Shown here: piece after piece, positions 9,667 to 19,046 of the stretch
Layout: the number at the start of each line of letters is the position of its first letter
Numbering within the stretch: position 1 is the stretch's first letter
Source: a bacterium
Lineage (GTDB): Bacteria; SAR324; NAC60-12
Assembly (NCBI GenBank): GCA_965205865.1
Contig: CBDBHR010000030.1
Span: 1,120,001-1,184,000 of the forward strand
Length of the DNA stretch: 64,000 bases
Direction: 5' to 3'
Notes under the pieces: model-generated
The model's input: only the letters and a program-made list of their open reading frames with translations
Told to the model about the DNA's origin: nothing
Databases searched by the model: none
Made by a program: the position numbers and the translations under genes

Positions 9667-11187
9667 ATGAAAGTCAAATCACATTTGGTTTCCCGAATAT
9701 TGACGGGAATGGCAATTACAATATTCGTTTTGATCGCCGGCAATAGCTTTGCCGAGCCAGTCGAAATGACTATCGTTCACTTTAACGACCTGGACCGCAT
9801 GGAAGAACGCGGAGGACAAGGTGGAGTCGCTCGCCTTGCTGCGGTCATCAAATCCGAACGAGCAAACAACGACAATGTTTTGGTCACATTTGCCGGTGAT
9901 ACGATCTCGCCATCCTTGATGTCCGGTATCGACAAAGGCGCCCACATGATCGAGCTTTTGAACAGACTCGATCTGACTGCGATGGCGATCGGCAATCATG
10001 AGTACGATTTTGGACCGGAGGTCGCAAAACAACGTTTCGCAGAAGCGAACTTCCCGATTCTCGGCGCCAACAGTATCGACACCGACGGCGAGATCATTGA
10101 CGGCGCTCAGGCATCCATCCTGGTCGACGTCGGGCCATTCAAGGTTGGCATCTTTGGCCTGACCACGCTCGGTACAACCGCCAAATCCAGTCCGGGAGGG
10201 GTCACTTTCCGTGCAATCGAGGAGGTTGCTGCCGAACAAGCCGCCATCCTGCGTGAAGCAGGAGCCGACTTGGTCATCGCGCTGGCCCACACCGACGCCT
10301 CCGAAGATGAAGCCTTGCTGGAGCAGGGTGCGGTAGACATGCTGCTCAGTGGCGACGATCACATGTTGCGGGTGGACTTCGACGGCGACGCGCTGTTTGC
10401 CGAATCCGGCGAACAGGGGAACTGGGTCACGTTGATCGACGTTACTCTGGATGAGGTGGAACAAAGGGGAAACATGCGCTTCAGCTGGAGTCCATCATTC
10501 CGAATCATCAACACTGCTCGCGTGCAACCGGATGCGGAGTTGGAAGCGGCGGCACAGGTCTATCTCGACAATCTTTCGGATGAACTCAATGTGGAAATCG
10601 GTACGACGTCCACTGAGCTCGACAGCCGTCGCGCGACAATCCGCAGGAAAGAAGCCGCGATCGGCAACCTGATCGCCGATGCCGTACGTATGGCAACTGG
10701 CGCGGATGTGTCAATCGCCAATGGTGGTAACATTCGCGCCAACAAGATTTACCCGCCCGGTACCATGCTGACGAGACGTGACATCCTGAGCGAACTGCCA
10801 TTCGGTAATAAAACGATCATGATAGAACTGACGGGCCGTGAAATTGTCTCGGCACTCGAAAACGGGCTCAGTATGATCGAAGAGGGAGCCGGCCGGTTTC
10901 CTCATGTTTCCGGTCTCAACGTGGTTTACGATCCCGGCAAGCCGGCCGGTGAACGTGTCGTCGAAATCGAATATGCCGGTATGGCGCTCGACCTCGAGGC
11001 GACCTTCACCCTGGCAACCAACAACTACATCGGTAGCGGCGGTGATGGTTATGACGTCTTCGTAGACAAGAAACGATTGATCGACGCAAACGCCGGAACG
11101 TTGACGGCGTCACAAGTGATCGAATACATTGCTTCGCAAGGTTCGGTTGCCCCCGTTGTGGAAGGCCGTTTGCGAACGGTCCAATAG
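9667..11187 (+). CDS. Periplasmic bifunctional metallophosphatase / 5'-nucleotidase
   Basis: Signal peptide, HFND, AGD, GNHEYD, NGGNIR, LPFGN, GGDGY; AGGAGG RBS. Confidence 0.9.
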   Translation: MKVKSHLVSRILTGMAITIFVLIAGNSFAEPVEMTIVHFNDLDRMEERGGQGGVARLAAVIKSERANNDNVLVTFAGDTISPSLMSGIDKGAHMIELLNRLDLTAMAIGNHEYDFGPEVAKQRFAEANFPILGANSIDTDGEIIDGAQASILVDVGPFKVGIFGLTTLGTTAKSSPGGVTFRAIEEVAAEQAAILREAGADLVIALAHTDASEDEALLEQGAVDMLLSGDDHMLRVDFDGDALFAESGEQGNWVTLIDVTLDEVEQRGNMRFSWSPSFRIINTARVQPDAELEAAAQVYLDNLSDELNVEIGTTSTELDSRRATIRRKEAAIGNLIADAVRMATGADVSIANGGNIRANKIYPPGTMLTRRDILSELPFGNKTIMIELTGREIVSALENGLSMIEEGAGRFPHVSGLNVVYDPGKPAGERVVEIEYAGMALDLEATFTLATNNYIGSGGDGYDVFVDKKRLIDANAGTLTASQVIEYIASQGSVAPVVEGRLRTVQ

Positions 11188-11278
11188 AATGCGTGGCTCT
11201 CGATTGCGTCAAAGCAGTCGTGATCGAAAATGAGGGCGGGGATGACTTCGGTGATGTTCGCTATTTCGACGCCATGTC

Positions 11279-12064
11279 CTATAAGTCGATGTCCACTCCG
11301 ATGGGGCAGTGGTCGGAACCACGTTCGTGCGGCCAGATAAATGCTTGCTTCACCCGCTTCATCGCGGCAGGTGAGGCGAGCACGTAATCGACTCGCCAAC
11401 CGACGTTCCGTTCGCGCGCTCCGCCCCTCTGACTCCACCAGGTATAATGCTCAGGCTCGTCGGCATGAAAGGTACGGAAAGTGTCGACCCAACCTGCTTC
11501 GAGCCAGCGGTCGATTTCAGCCCGCTCCTCGGGCAGAAACCCGCTGCTTCTGACATTCGATTTTGGGCGGGCCAAATCGATTTCGCAGTGGGCGGTGTTG
11601 TAGTCTCCCATCACGAGTACGGGACACTGACGACGAAGACGCTGTATTTTTTCGAATACGAGCTCGTAGAATTCGAGCTTGTAAGGAACCCGGCTGTTAT
11701 CGCGATCTTTGCCATTCCCCTTCGGAAAATAACTGTTGACCACTGCGAATCGACCACGGTCGGATTGAAAGTGGGCAGCAATGAAGCGGCCTTCGACGTC
11801 GAACTGCGGTTCACCAAGCATGGTCTCCACACGTTCCGGCGCAAGCTTGGAGTAGAGTCCGACGCCGCTGTAGCCTCGCCGTTCGGCTGCAGAAAAAATG
11901 GCCTGCCAACCCGGCGGAGTTCGTGCGGCGGACGGAATCTCTTCTGTCAACGCGCGTACTTCCTGCACTCCAATTATGTCGGCCTCGCACCGCTCGAAAA
12001 ATTCCGCGAATCCCTGCTTCACGCAGGCGCGGATGCCATTCACATTCCAACTGATGATTCTCAT
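11279..12064 (-). CDS. xth: Exodeoxyribonuclease III
   Basis: SWNVNGIRA, QE, GDYNTAH, YTWWS, GWRVDY, SDHCP. Confidence 0.95.
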   Translation of the reverse strand: MRIISWNVNGIRACVKQGFAEFFERCEADIIGVQEVRALTEEIPSAARTPPGWQAIFSAAERRGYSGVGLYSKLAPERVETMLGEPQFDVEGRFIAAHFQSDRGRFAVVNSYFPKGNGKDRDNSRVPYKLEFYELVFEKIQRLRRQCPVLVMGDYNTAHCEIDLARPKSNVRSSGFLPEERAEIDRWLEAGWVDTFRTFHADEPEHYTWWSQRGGARERNVGWRVDYVLASPAAMKRVKQAFIWPHERGSDHCPIGVDIDL

Positions 12065-12222
12065 GGATTATGCCTCCTCGGAAGAATAAAATTATTTTTA
12101 CTCATTGCAATACCCGAACTTGAATAAAACTTCAACCATTACCACTGCAACCGGTAAAATTGTTTCACTTCAAAAAAATGACTGGCAGCAAAACCGGTGT
12201 ACGGTTTTTTCTTCCACTAACA

Positions 12223-12376
12223 AAGCTGAGTTCGAGATAAGAATTTAATAAATTCAATATGTTATGGAATCTTCATATCTTAGAGAAACCTTGTCATTCC
12301 TGCGAAGTTTGTCCCCGCGAAAGCAGGAAGCAGGAATCCGGAGGTATGCAGCCAGACTGAAATCCGGATCCCCGCT
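12223..12376 (+). mobile_element. MITE family A, copy 2 (right end truncated)
   Basis: Near-identical to the left two-thirds of 7951-8168. Confidence 0.8.
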
Positions 12377-12418
12377 GTTTGCAATCAGATTTTGAATACG
12401 CATATTTCGTAATTCTCC

Positions 12419-13093
12419 TCACTTTAAATGATCAATCCCCTGCCTTGTCAGAGGCATAGGGTTGTCAGCCGATACCGGCACGGTGCCGAGTTTGAAGAGA
12501 TGAGCATTGTCCGGGGAGTCGAAGGCGAATACCGGTTTTCCTTGGGCCAGTGCGTCTTTGCAGAGCATCTCGGTCTTGCCGCCTTTTTCGGCGTGGGCGA
12601 TGAGGAGACGGTTGGCGAGGGCGGCGACATGGGTGTTGCGCTTGGCGGCGATATCTGCGGTCGGTCGACGGATGCTGTCGTCGAAAAAGGAGAGCAGCAG
12701 GAGACGTCCTTTGGCCAGTGGGTTCTTCCAGCCTTTTGGAATCCGCATGGTGCCAAGCCCTCGTGCCGGGCAGACGACGACGGATGCCGAGCCCCGTAAC
12801 AGCAGGTCCATGCATTCCTTCTCCATCGGCGATTGAAAACCGCCGACAATCGTCACGTCCGCATTTCGAAGCGCCCGAGCAAGATCGTAGGTCTTGAGGA
12901 TCACGTCGCCAGGGGAGTGAACGGAACAGAAAAAACCAATCAACGTTTTATCAAGCACACCGAGGTTGCCCTTCGATGTAACAATGGGTAGGTGTCTGTT
13001 ATCAGAACAGCGTCGCAATGATGATGGATAATCGGTGGTATCCGGCAGCAGGTAACAGAGATTATGATTGCCGTCGTAGGGAGGACTATGCAT
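12419..13093 (-). CDS. DprA/Smf-like (SLOG superfamily) protein
   Basis: GNLGVL, IGFFCS, IVGGFQSPMEKEC, AKRN, AHAEKGGKT, ALAQGKPVF; true start uncertain next to IS end. Confidence 0.7.
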   Translation of the reverse strand: MHSPPYDGNHNLCYLLPDTTDYPSSLRRCSDNRHLPIVTSKGNLGVLDKTLIGFFCSVHSPGDVILKTYDLARALRNADVTIVGGFQSPMEKECMDLLLRGSASVVVCPARGLGTMRIPKGWKNPLAKGRLLLLSFFDDSIRRPTADIAAKRNTHVAALANRLLIAHAEKGGKTEMLCKDALAQGKPVFAFDSPDNAHLFKLGTVPVSADNPMPLTRQGIDHLK

Positions 13094-13100
13094 CGCTTTT

Positions 13101-13761
13101 TAGAAGCCGTTTGGTTAACAAACACGCTTGGCTAAGGTAACTTTGATCATGGCAATACGAATCATATTTTCAGCAGTGTTTGTGAGGGTTCCCACCCGAT
13201 CGATTGGACAATACCGTGGGAGGATTTCAAAAATTGTTTCTTCCATTCTCAGTATTCCCTCTCATACATTTGTGGATCTCTCTAAAACAAATTTTAACAT
13301 GCGTTGATTATACCTTGAATCCATAAGAACGAGCAACCAATTTTCTCTCATTTGGCAGGCCACGAACATGGCATGCTTTCCCCTCTCTATGATAACCGCC
13401 TGTCGGGCCCGGGCCTGCCCTTCTTGGCTTGTTTGAGGCGAGCCCGGACATTCTGGGAATCCAAAACTTGTTGCCAAATCCCTCTTTGACTCCATCGGCG
13501 GTAATGGTCGTAAACGTTTTGCCAGGGAGGAAAATCATGAGGAAGCATTCTCCACTGACAACCCGTTTTCACAACATACAAAATTGCATTGACGATGGTA
13601 TGTTTGTCATAAATACTTTTAGCCCCGCGGGGGTCGGAACGTTTAAAAAAATGTTCAATCTCAGACCATTCTTGATCGCTTAAGTCGCTTGAATACATCG
13701 GTCTCCTTTTGAAAAAATGGAAAATTGACAGACAAGCAATTTATTTACCAAACGGATTCTA
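13101..13761 (-). mobile_element. Degenerate IS5-family element
   Basis: TIRs tagaagccgtttggtta (13101) and ttaccaaacggattcta (13745-13761); N-terminal transposase YSSDLSDQEW..LYVVKTGCQWRMLPHDFPPW (13387-13698) and C-terminal TAENMIRIAMIKVTLAK; DDE core lost. Confidence 0.85.
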
Positions 13762-14458
13762 AGTCTTTTGCTGCTGCGTTTTTATAATTTTTCCAGCCTC
13801 TCTTATCGCAAATCGCCTTCATTATGCTCTCGAACGCTTTGAGACACTCATTGAGAGCTTCTTTCGCGTTCCCCTTTCGGTAGTGTTCGTGCGCTTTTAA
13901 GAACTCCTGTTGTGCTCCGGCATAGTTGCGTTGGTTGAGCAGCTCGAGGGCAGGTTTAACAATTTCAGTATGATTCAACTCGGAATCCGTGCGAATAATT
14001 CCTCCGTTTGTGAATTGATAGCCAATGCCATGTTCCCTGAACCTGTAATTTAATTCTTCTATTGCATCATCGGATTTTTCAGAAGCGCCACGTCGATTTA
14101 GGTATTGCCCTTCTCTCGCAAGTCTGTCTATTAAAGAAAATGACAACTCTACTGCATCAAGAGCCTTTTCGATATCATTCTCTTGGAGGAAAAAATTTAC
14201 AAACTCTTGACAAGCGTTCTGAGGAGGCATAACTGATTCTGGCAGTTGAAAAACACCATATCCATGCCTTAGGATACCGACTATCGGTTCGTAAGCATTT
14301 TTTTCATACAATGCTTGTTGTTCATTGCCAAGAGTCTTCAACCAGATGTGAACAATCTGTACCCTGAGAGGCTTAGGCAAATCGTCATAAATATAGACGT
14401 CGGGGGTCTCCCCTCGAAGTTTCTTTAGGCGTTTCGAGAATAGGTCAAATACCGGCAA
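13762..14458 (-). pseudogene. STM4504/CBY_0614-like (AbiJ-related abortive infection) protein truncated by IS5
   Basis: DLFSKRLKKLRGETPDVYIYDDLP, ELNYRFREHGIGYQF, FLKAHEHYR, CLKAFES; frame runs into the IS5 TIR; family call from recall. Confidence 0.65.
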
Positions 14459-14464
14459 GGTGAT

Positions 14465-15042
14465 TTATTGGTAGTAATGAGCCCCACGGATATTTTCATG
14501 TTCCAGTTGCGGGGTGGGTTCTGGCTTGGAAAGGGGATGCCGATCCAAACCTTTCTTTAAGATAGAATGAACACTGCTATAGCGGAAAGCCCCAATGAGA
14601 ATAGCCCTCTGAGAAGCCGCTTCCACTCGATTGGCTGCGCAGAGTTTAGAAAGGCGCATAATCCCTGAGCAGGAACGGTATCCCTGCTCAGGATAGCTTC
14701 TTTGATCCATGATTCCTGCTACCAGATTAGCGGTGGCTGGTCCGGTGGTGGCAGCCCAGTCAATCAAGCGACTGGGCGTCCAGTAAAGATGCTCCCGATG
14801 TCCTTCAGTCCAACTCGCTTCGCAATAAGTATAGTTGCTCGCTCCCAGAACCGCGACAAAAATTCGAGCCCGCTGAAACTTGACGCTTTTTCGATTGTGG
14901 ATCTTGACGCTTTCTCCTGCATAATCCACAAACAGCTTCTCACCGGCCTTGTGAGAAGGAACGGCTTGCTTCGCTGTTGCAACGATCATCCATGATGATC
15001 GAGGTGCCCGGAATCAGTGATCGAGGTGGGCCGGAATATGCA
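14465..15042 (-). mobile_element. istA: Internally deleted IS21-family remnant (istA fragments, one end)
   Basis: HKAGEKLFVDYAG, IFVAVLGASNYTY fused to WTPSRLIDWA..PEQGYRSC..HENIRGAHYY; end TGCATATTCCGG with internal repeats at 15042; no istB. Confidence 0.8.
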
Positions 15043-15593
15043 ATCAACAGCACGATAAAGCAGACCGGCTCTTCTCGCGGATCAATGTAGGGCAGCAGCT
15101 CGTTTGCGTAAGCCCACATCATCAGCACTTCATAAGCCGTCCAGATCGGAACGGCGCTGAGACAACACCAGAAGATGTTGTCGCGCAGCTGGTCCCCCCG
15201 GAGGAACTTCCGATTTCCGGTCTCCAGCCACTCCGCGTTGTATTTGTTCTGGAGCCCCTGGGACTTACGCGACCAGAGCCAGTAGTGCCAGGCACCATAG
15301 ATGAGGACCAGCAGCACGAGGTTGCGGACAAACATCTCCAGGATCCAGTCGAGTTGGAATGTGACACAACGGGACAAGGCCGGCTGGAAGTAGAGCCACG
15401 TGCGCGTGGCGATGCCAAAATAGATCATATTCCACGGATACAGCTAACCTGGGAAACGAAACAGGTATTTGAAAGCCTCGACCGACTTGGGTGGCCAGGC
15501 AAACAAAGGACTGGGTGGGCCTGTCCCTCTTTCAGGGCGCCAAAATCCCCGTTCATCCCGAGGCATGCCATCGATCAATCCCTCTTTTTCCAT
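15043..15593 (-). pseudogene. Sterol desaturase/fatty-acid hydroxylase family N-terminus, internal stop, truncated by IS21
   Basis: SPLFAWPP, RNLVLLVLIYGAWHYWLW, DQLRDNIFW, PIWTAYEVLMMWAYAN; TAG near 15444. Confidence 0.6.
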
Positions 15594-15804
15594 GCTGATA
15601 TTTGCAATTAGGTCCTCCTTATCACGCTGTTTTAAACCGATTCTTCTAAAGAATATATTCTATCTCTATCGCCTCCACCAAAAGATGTCAGGTCCTATGC
15701 CATCCTTACAGGGCGCTTCATGTGTGATGCTATCAATCTTTTGTGCTTCACTCATCCATTCTCCCGTCTATTCACCTTTGCCCCGTGCTAGTCCATGTCT
15801 CAAT

Positions 15805-15860
15805 GCATAACGTAGTGCATCAGCAGCGAGATACGAGTCCGTTAAATGCTGTTGTTAGCT
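15805..15860 (-). other. Putative integron attC site
   Basis: Minus strand AGCTAAC-aacag-catttaac...gctgatgc-actac-GTTATGC, 56 bp, 7 nt after vapC stop. Confidence 0.6.
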
Positions 15861-15867
15861 CGTCCCT

Positions 15868-16266
15868 TTATATCCAGAAAGCCTCCACTTCATATTTTTG
15901 AATAGTTTGATCTTTCGTGACTAGCAGGAAATGGTTTTGGTTCGCTTGAGCAATCAGAAGTCTGTCAAAGGGATCTTTATGAATGTCCGGAAGCAGGACG
16001 GAGTCAATCATGGCTGAAGCGGAGGGATCCACCAAATGAATATGAGTATTTTCTAAAATCTCATTTTTCCAGACATGGACATCGGCTATAGCGACCCTCC
16101 CCCGCTTCACCAATAGAGCGACTTCCCAAAAAGAAAGGGTGGAAATGAAAAGACAACCTTGTTGGGCTTGTTTATCAAAAAAGCTAATAAAATCCTCTGA
16201 TACCATTTCCTGATTATGCCAAAGGATCAAAGCATGCGTATCAAAAAGGTAGGTCAATTTTTTCAC
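15868..16266 (-). CDS. vapC: VapC family PIN-domain toxin
   Basis: FDTHALILW, SFWEVALL, HKDPFDRLLIAQA, LVTKD. Confidence 0.92.
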   Translation of the reverse strand: MKKLTYLFDTHALILWHNQEMVSEDFISFFDKQAQQGCLFISTLSFWEVALLVKRGRVAIADVHVWKNEILENTHIHLVDPSASAMIDSVLLPDIHKDPFDRLLIAQANQNHFLLVTKDQTIQKYEVEAFWI

Positions 16267-16490
16267 TCGTATTCCTCCCAGATCTCTTCTATGGGTTGAA
16301 TCAATTCTTCCGGAGAAACCAATAACTCCGGTTTGATACTCATTTTATCTCTCCAGTCTATTGGATGGGTGGGAACAAGACGAGCCACCTCTTGCTTATT
16401 TCGTTGGATCACGATGGTCTCTCCAGCCGATGCTTTATCTAAATAATCAAAAAAGTTATTCCTTAATTTTGTTGCCGATATCTTCATCAT
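16263..16490 (-). CDS. Phd/YefM family antitoxin
   Basis: MKISATKLRNNFFDYLD..GETIVIQRN..VARLVP; GGAGG RBS; GTGA overlap with vapC. Confidence 0.88.
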   Translation of the reverse strand: MMKISATKLRNNFFDYLDKASAGETIVIQRNKQEVARLVPTHPIDWRDKMSIKPELLVSPEELIQPIEEIWEEYE

Positions 16491-17123
16491 TTCCACCTCC
16501 TCAATAAAAGTGTACAGGAATCTTTTTATTATGTACAGGATCATACTCCTATCGTAGTAATTTTTCAAGGGAACTTCTCGCATCATTTGTGATTTGATTC
16601 GTTTATCAGAGAGATCACAAAACGCTAACGAGGCGCAGAAGGCGCTCCGAGATTTATCTTTTTTTCGTGCGGCTTGCCATCCGTCCTCAGCAACCTTTGG
16701 CCCCTCCCGGACTGCGCACTCCTTCCCAAAGCCGGAGAGCGTCGCAGTGCCTAGACTGAAACGGCTCAGAAAAAGGGGGACAAACAGAAAGATATTAATT
16801 TTAAATAATAAATAATATCAATAAGTTAAATACAAATAAAAAATATAATTAAAAAACTATTGATAAATTTTTTTTCATACAATATACCTTGGATTGCTTT
16901 GGGGAAGAGTGAGTTGAAGTGCAAAGAATTCTGAAACGGACAGGTTTGTTGTCTCAATCCGCTCAACCCACTTGACGATGGATGCAATTCTCTCTGTGTC
17001 GTTCATGTACCAGTAAAATCTACGAGTTAGTTGGTAATCTCACTGGTATTCTACACCTATTAATTTAAACGCAAATTATTTTATGAATATCCGAAAGTCA
17101 TGTATTAAGAAATTTTTATGGAA

Positions 17124-18098
17124 TTAAGCTTGGTCGATGCTGTCTACGAGGAGCAGGTCCTTGGTGCAGGCTTTTTGGAATTTGCGGGCTTTTTGAAAGA
17201 AAACAAGAATCAACAACACACCCGGCAAAAGGAGCGATGCCAGCCAGGGAGGGGATTGGCGTTGGAAGGCATTCAAGGCAATCAAGCACAGAGCAGTACC
17301 GATAGCAAACAGAAAAAAATAGGCACAGAGACGCATTTCCCAAAAGCGAAACGGAGCCAGCTGAATTCGGCGGGTTTTGAAATACAGCAATTGTTCGGGG
17401 ACTCGTAACACTGCAAAATAAAGCCAGTGCATCAATCCCACAACCAGCGCGAATGATCCCAACCCGTCGCTGATCCAATGTGATATGGCCATGCAACGCG
17501 CAATGATCATGGCCACTGTATATGCCAGGACGCCCACTGTCCAAATCCAACCCACCACCTGCCATTTTTTTGAAATGAGTGGATTCGCAATGAGTACGTA
17601 GGAGAGGGTGAACAAGAGGGCAACAGAGGCGACATGACCGCTGGGGAAACTTCCATAGAATATCCCGTCTGTTACATAATGGGCGCCGAATTCATACCAA
17701 TGGGAATATTCAAGTTGCTGCGCGAGTACAATGTGGGGTCGTACTCTTCCCAAAGACCATTTGAGGGTGTGTACAAATCCCAACCCTGCTGTGAGGGAGG
17801 CAAAGACAATAAATCCCAGAATGGGCTGAAGTGAGTACAACCAGGCAGGCACTTTGGCAGAATAGGACCAAAAATAGAGAATCACCGCAAGCAATGACAA
17901 TATAACGGCAGGATCACTCCCTCCCAACTTCCCGTCTTCGAACACGGTGCGTCTCATGATTTCTGCAAACCCTTTCCAACGGATGTCTATCAGGTATAGA
18001 GTCCATACGTAGTCCACAAAAACGACTCCCACCATCAAGGTCAAAAAGCATGCCAACAAAATCAGGAGGGAGGTGGATGACTTTTTCCTGAAAGTCAT
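17124..18098 (-). CDS. PAP2 family membrane phosphatase
   Basis: KWSLGRVRP, SFPSGH, ARCMAISHWISD; multiple TM segments. Confidence 0.85.
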   Translation of the reverse strand: MTFRKKSSTSLLILLACFLTLMVGVVFVDYVWTLYLIDIRWKGFAEIMRRTVFEDGKLGGSDPAVILSLLAVILYFWSYSAKVPAWLYSLQPILGFIVFASLTAGLGFVHTLKWSLGRVRPHIVLAQQLEYSHWYEFGAHYVTDGIFYGSFPSGHVASVALLFTLSYVLIANPLISKKWQVVGWIWTVGVLAYTVAMIIARCMAISHWISDGLGSFALVVGLMHWLYFAVLRVPEQLLYFKTRRIQLAPFRFWEMRLCAYFFLFAIGTALCLIALNAFQRQSPPWLASLLLPGVLLILVFFQKARKFQKACTKDLLLVDSIDQA

Positions 18099-18107
18099 TG
18101 ATTTTCC

Positions 18108-19037
18108 TTAGAAATCCTGGGTAAGTGAGGCCAATATTTCCCGTCCTCCCTCTTCCAAAATCCGTAGAGCAACGTTTTGTCCCAGTTTGGTTGCCTGGAT
18201 ACGGGGAGCGGTGGCTTGATGGCGGATGATGCGGGAACCATCCGGGGTTGCCAGCAATGCCGTGAGATTCAATTGTTGCTGATGGATTGCGCAATACCCG
18301 GCAATCGGCGTGTGACAGTCACCACCGAGCGCCGTTAAAACAGCCCGTTCCGCACGCACGCAATGGGCCGTATCCGCATCATGCAAATGACGGAGGAAAG
18401 ACAGGGTCTGTTCATCTCCCTTGCGGGTTTCGATGCCGAGGGCCCCCTGGGCGATGGCAGGCAACATGATGGAGAAAGGCAAAGACTGCATGATATGTTT
18501 CTCCAAACCCAGTCTTTTGAAGCCAGCAACTGCCATGACGGCCGCTTCAAATTCCCCCTCTTTCACTTTTCTAAGTCTCGTGTCTATATTGCCGCGAAGA
18601 TTCCTGATCCTTAAGTCCGACCGATATGCCCGGAGTTGGGAGGCACGTCGCAGAGAACTGGTTCCTACCACCGCATTTTCCGGCAGCGTGTCCAGATTGA
18701 TTCCCTGTTGAGCGATCAATCCGTCGTCAGCAACTTCTCTGGATGGGAACGTCGAAATTTCCAACTCCTCCGGTAAAACAGCAGGCATGTCTTTCATGCT
18801 ATGGACCGCCAAATCGACCTGATGCCGGATTACGGCGCTTTCCAATTCTTTAACAAATAGCCCCTTGCCGCCGAATTTTGCAAGAGAATGATTGAGGATA
18901 CGATCTCCTTCAGTTTTAATTATGACCAACTCGACAGCCTGAGCAGGATAGCGAACCAAGATTTGGTCACGCACCCAATTTGCCTGCCAGAGCGCCAGTC
19001 GACTGCCTCTCGTACCGATACGCAATGGTTGCTGCAT
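18108..19037 (-). CDS. hemC: Hydroxymethylbilane synthase
   Basis: IGTRGSRLALWQ, GGKGLFVKELE, VHSMKD, GTSSLRR, RGNIDTRL. Confidence 0.97.
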   Translation of the reverse strand: MQQPLRIGTRGSRLALWQANWVRDQILVRYPAQAVELVIIKTEGDRILNHSLAKFGGKGLFVKELESAVIRHQVDLAVHSMKDMPAVLPEELEISTFPSREVADDGLIAQQGINLDTLPENAVVGTSSLRRASQLRAYRSDLRIRNLRGNIDTRLRKVKEGEFEAAVMAVAGFKRLGLEKHIMQSLPFSIMLPAIAQGALGIETRKGDEQTLSFLRHLHDADTAHCVRAERAVLTALGGDCHTPIAGYCAIHQQQLNLTALLATPDGSRIIRHQATAPRIQATKLGQNVALRILEEGGREILASLTQDF

Positions 19038-19046
19038 GGCCTTTAT

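Noticed and set aside
7951-12376. Composite transposon formed by MITE A copies 1 and 2
   Set aside because: Copy 2 lacks its outer end and no shared target duplication is visible.
16690-16760. Cobalamin riboswitch (GCACTG..GGGAAGG on minus strand)
   Set aside because: The upstream conserved core is not recognisable and the downstream gene is a TA pair.
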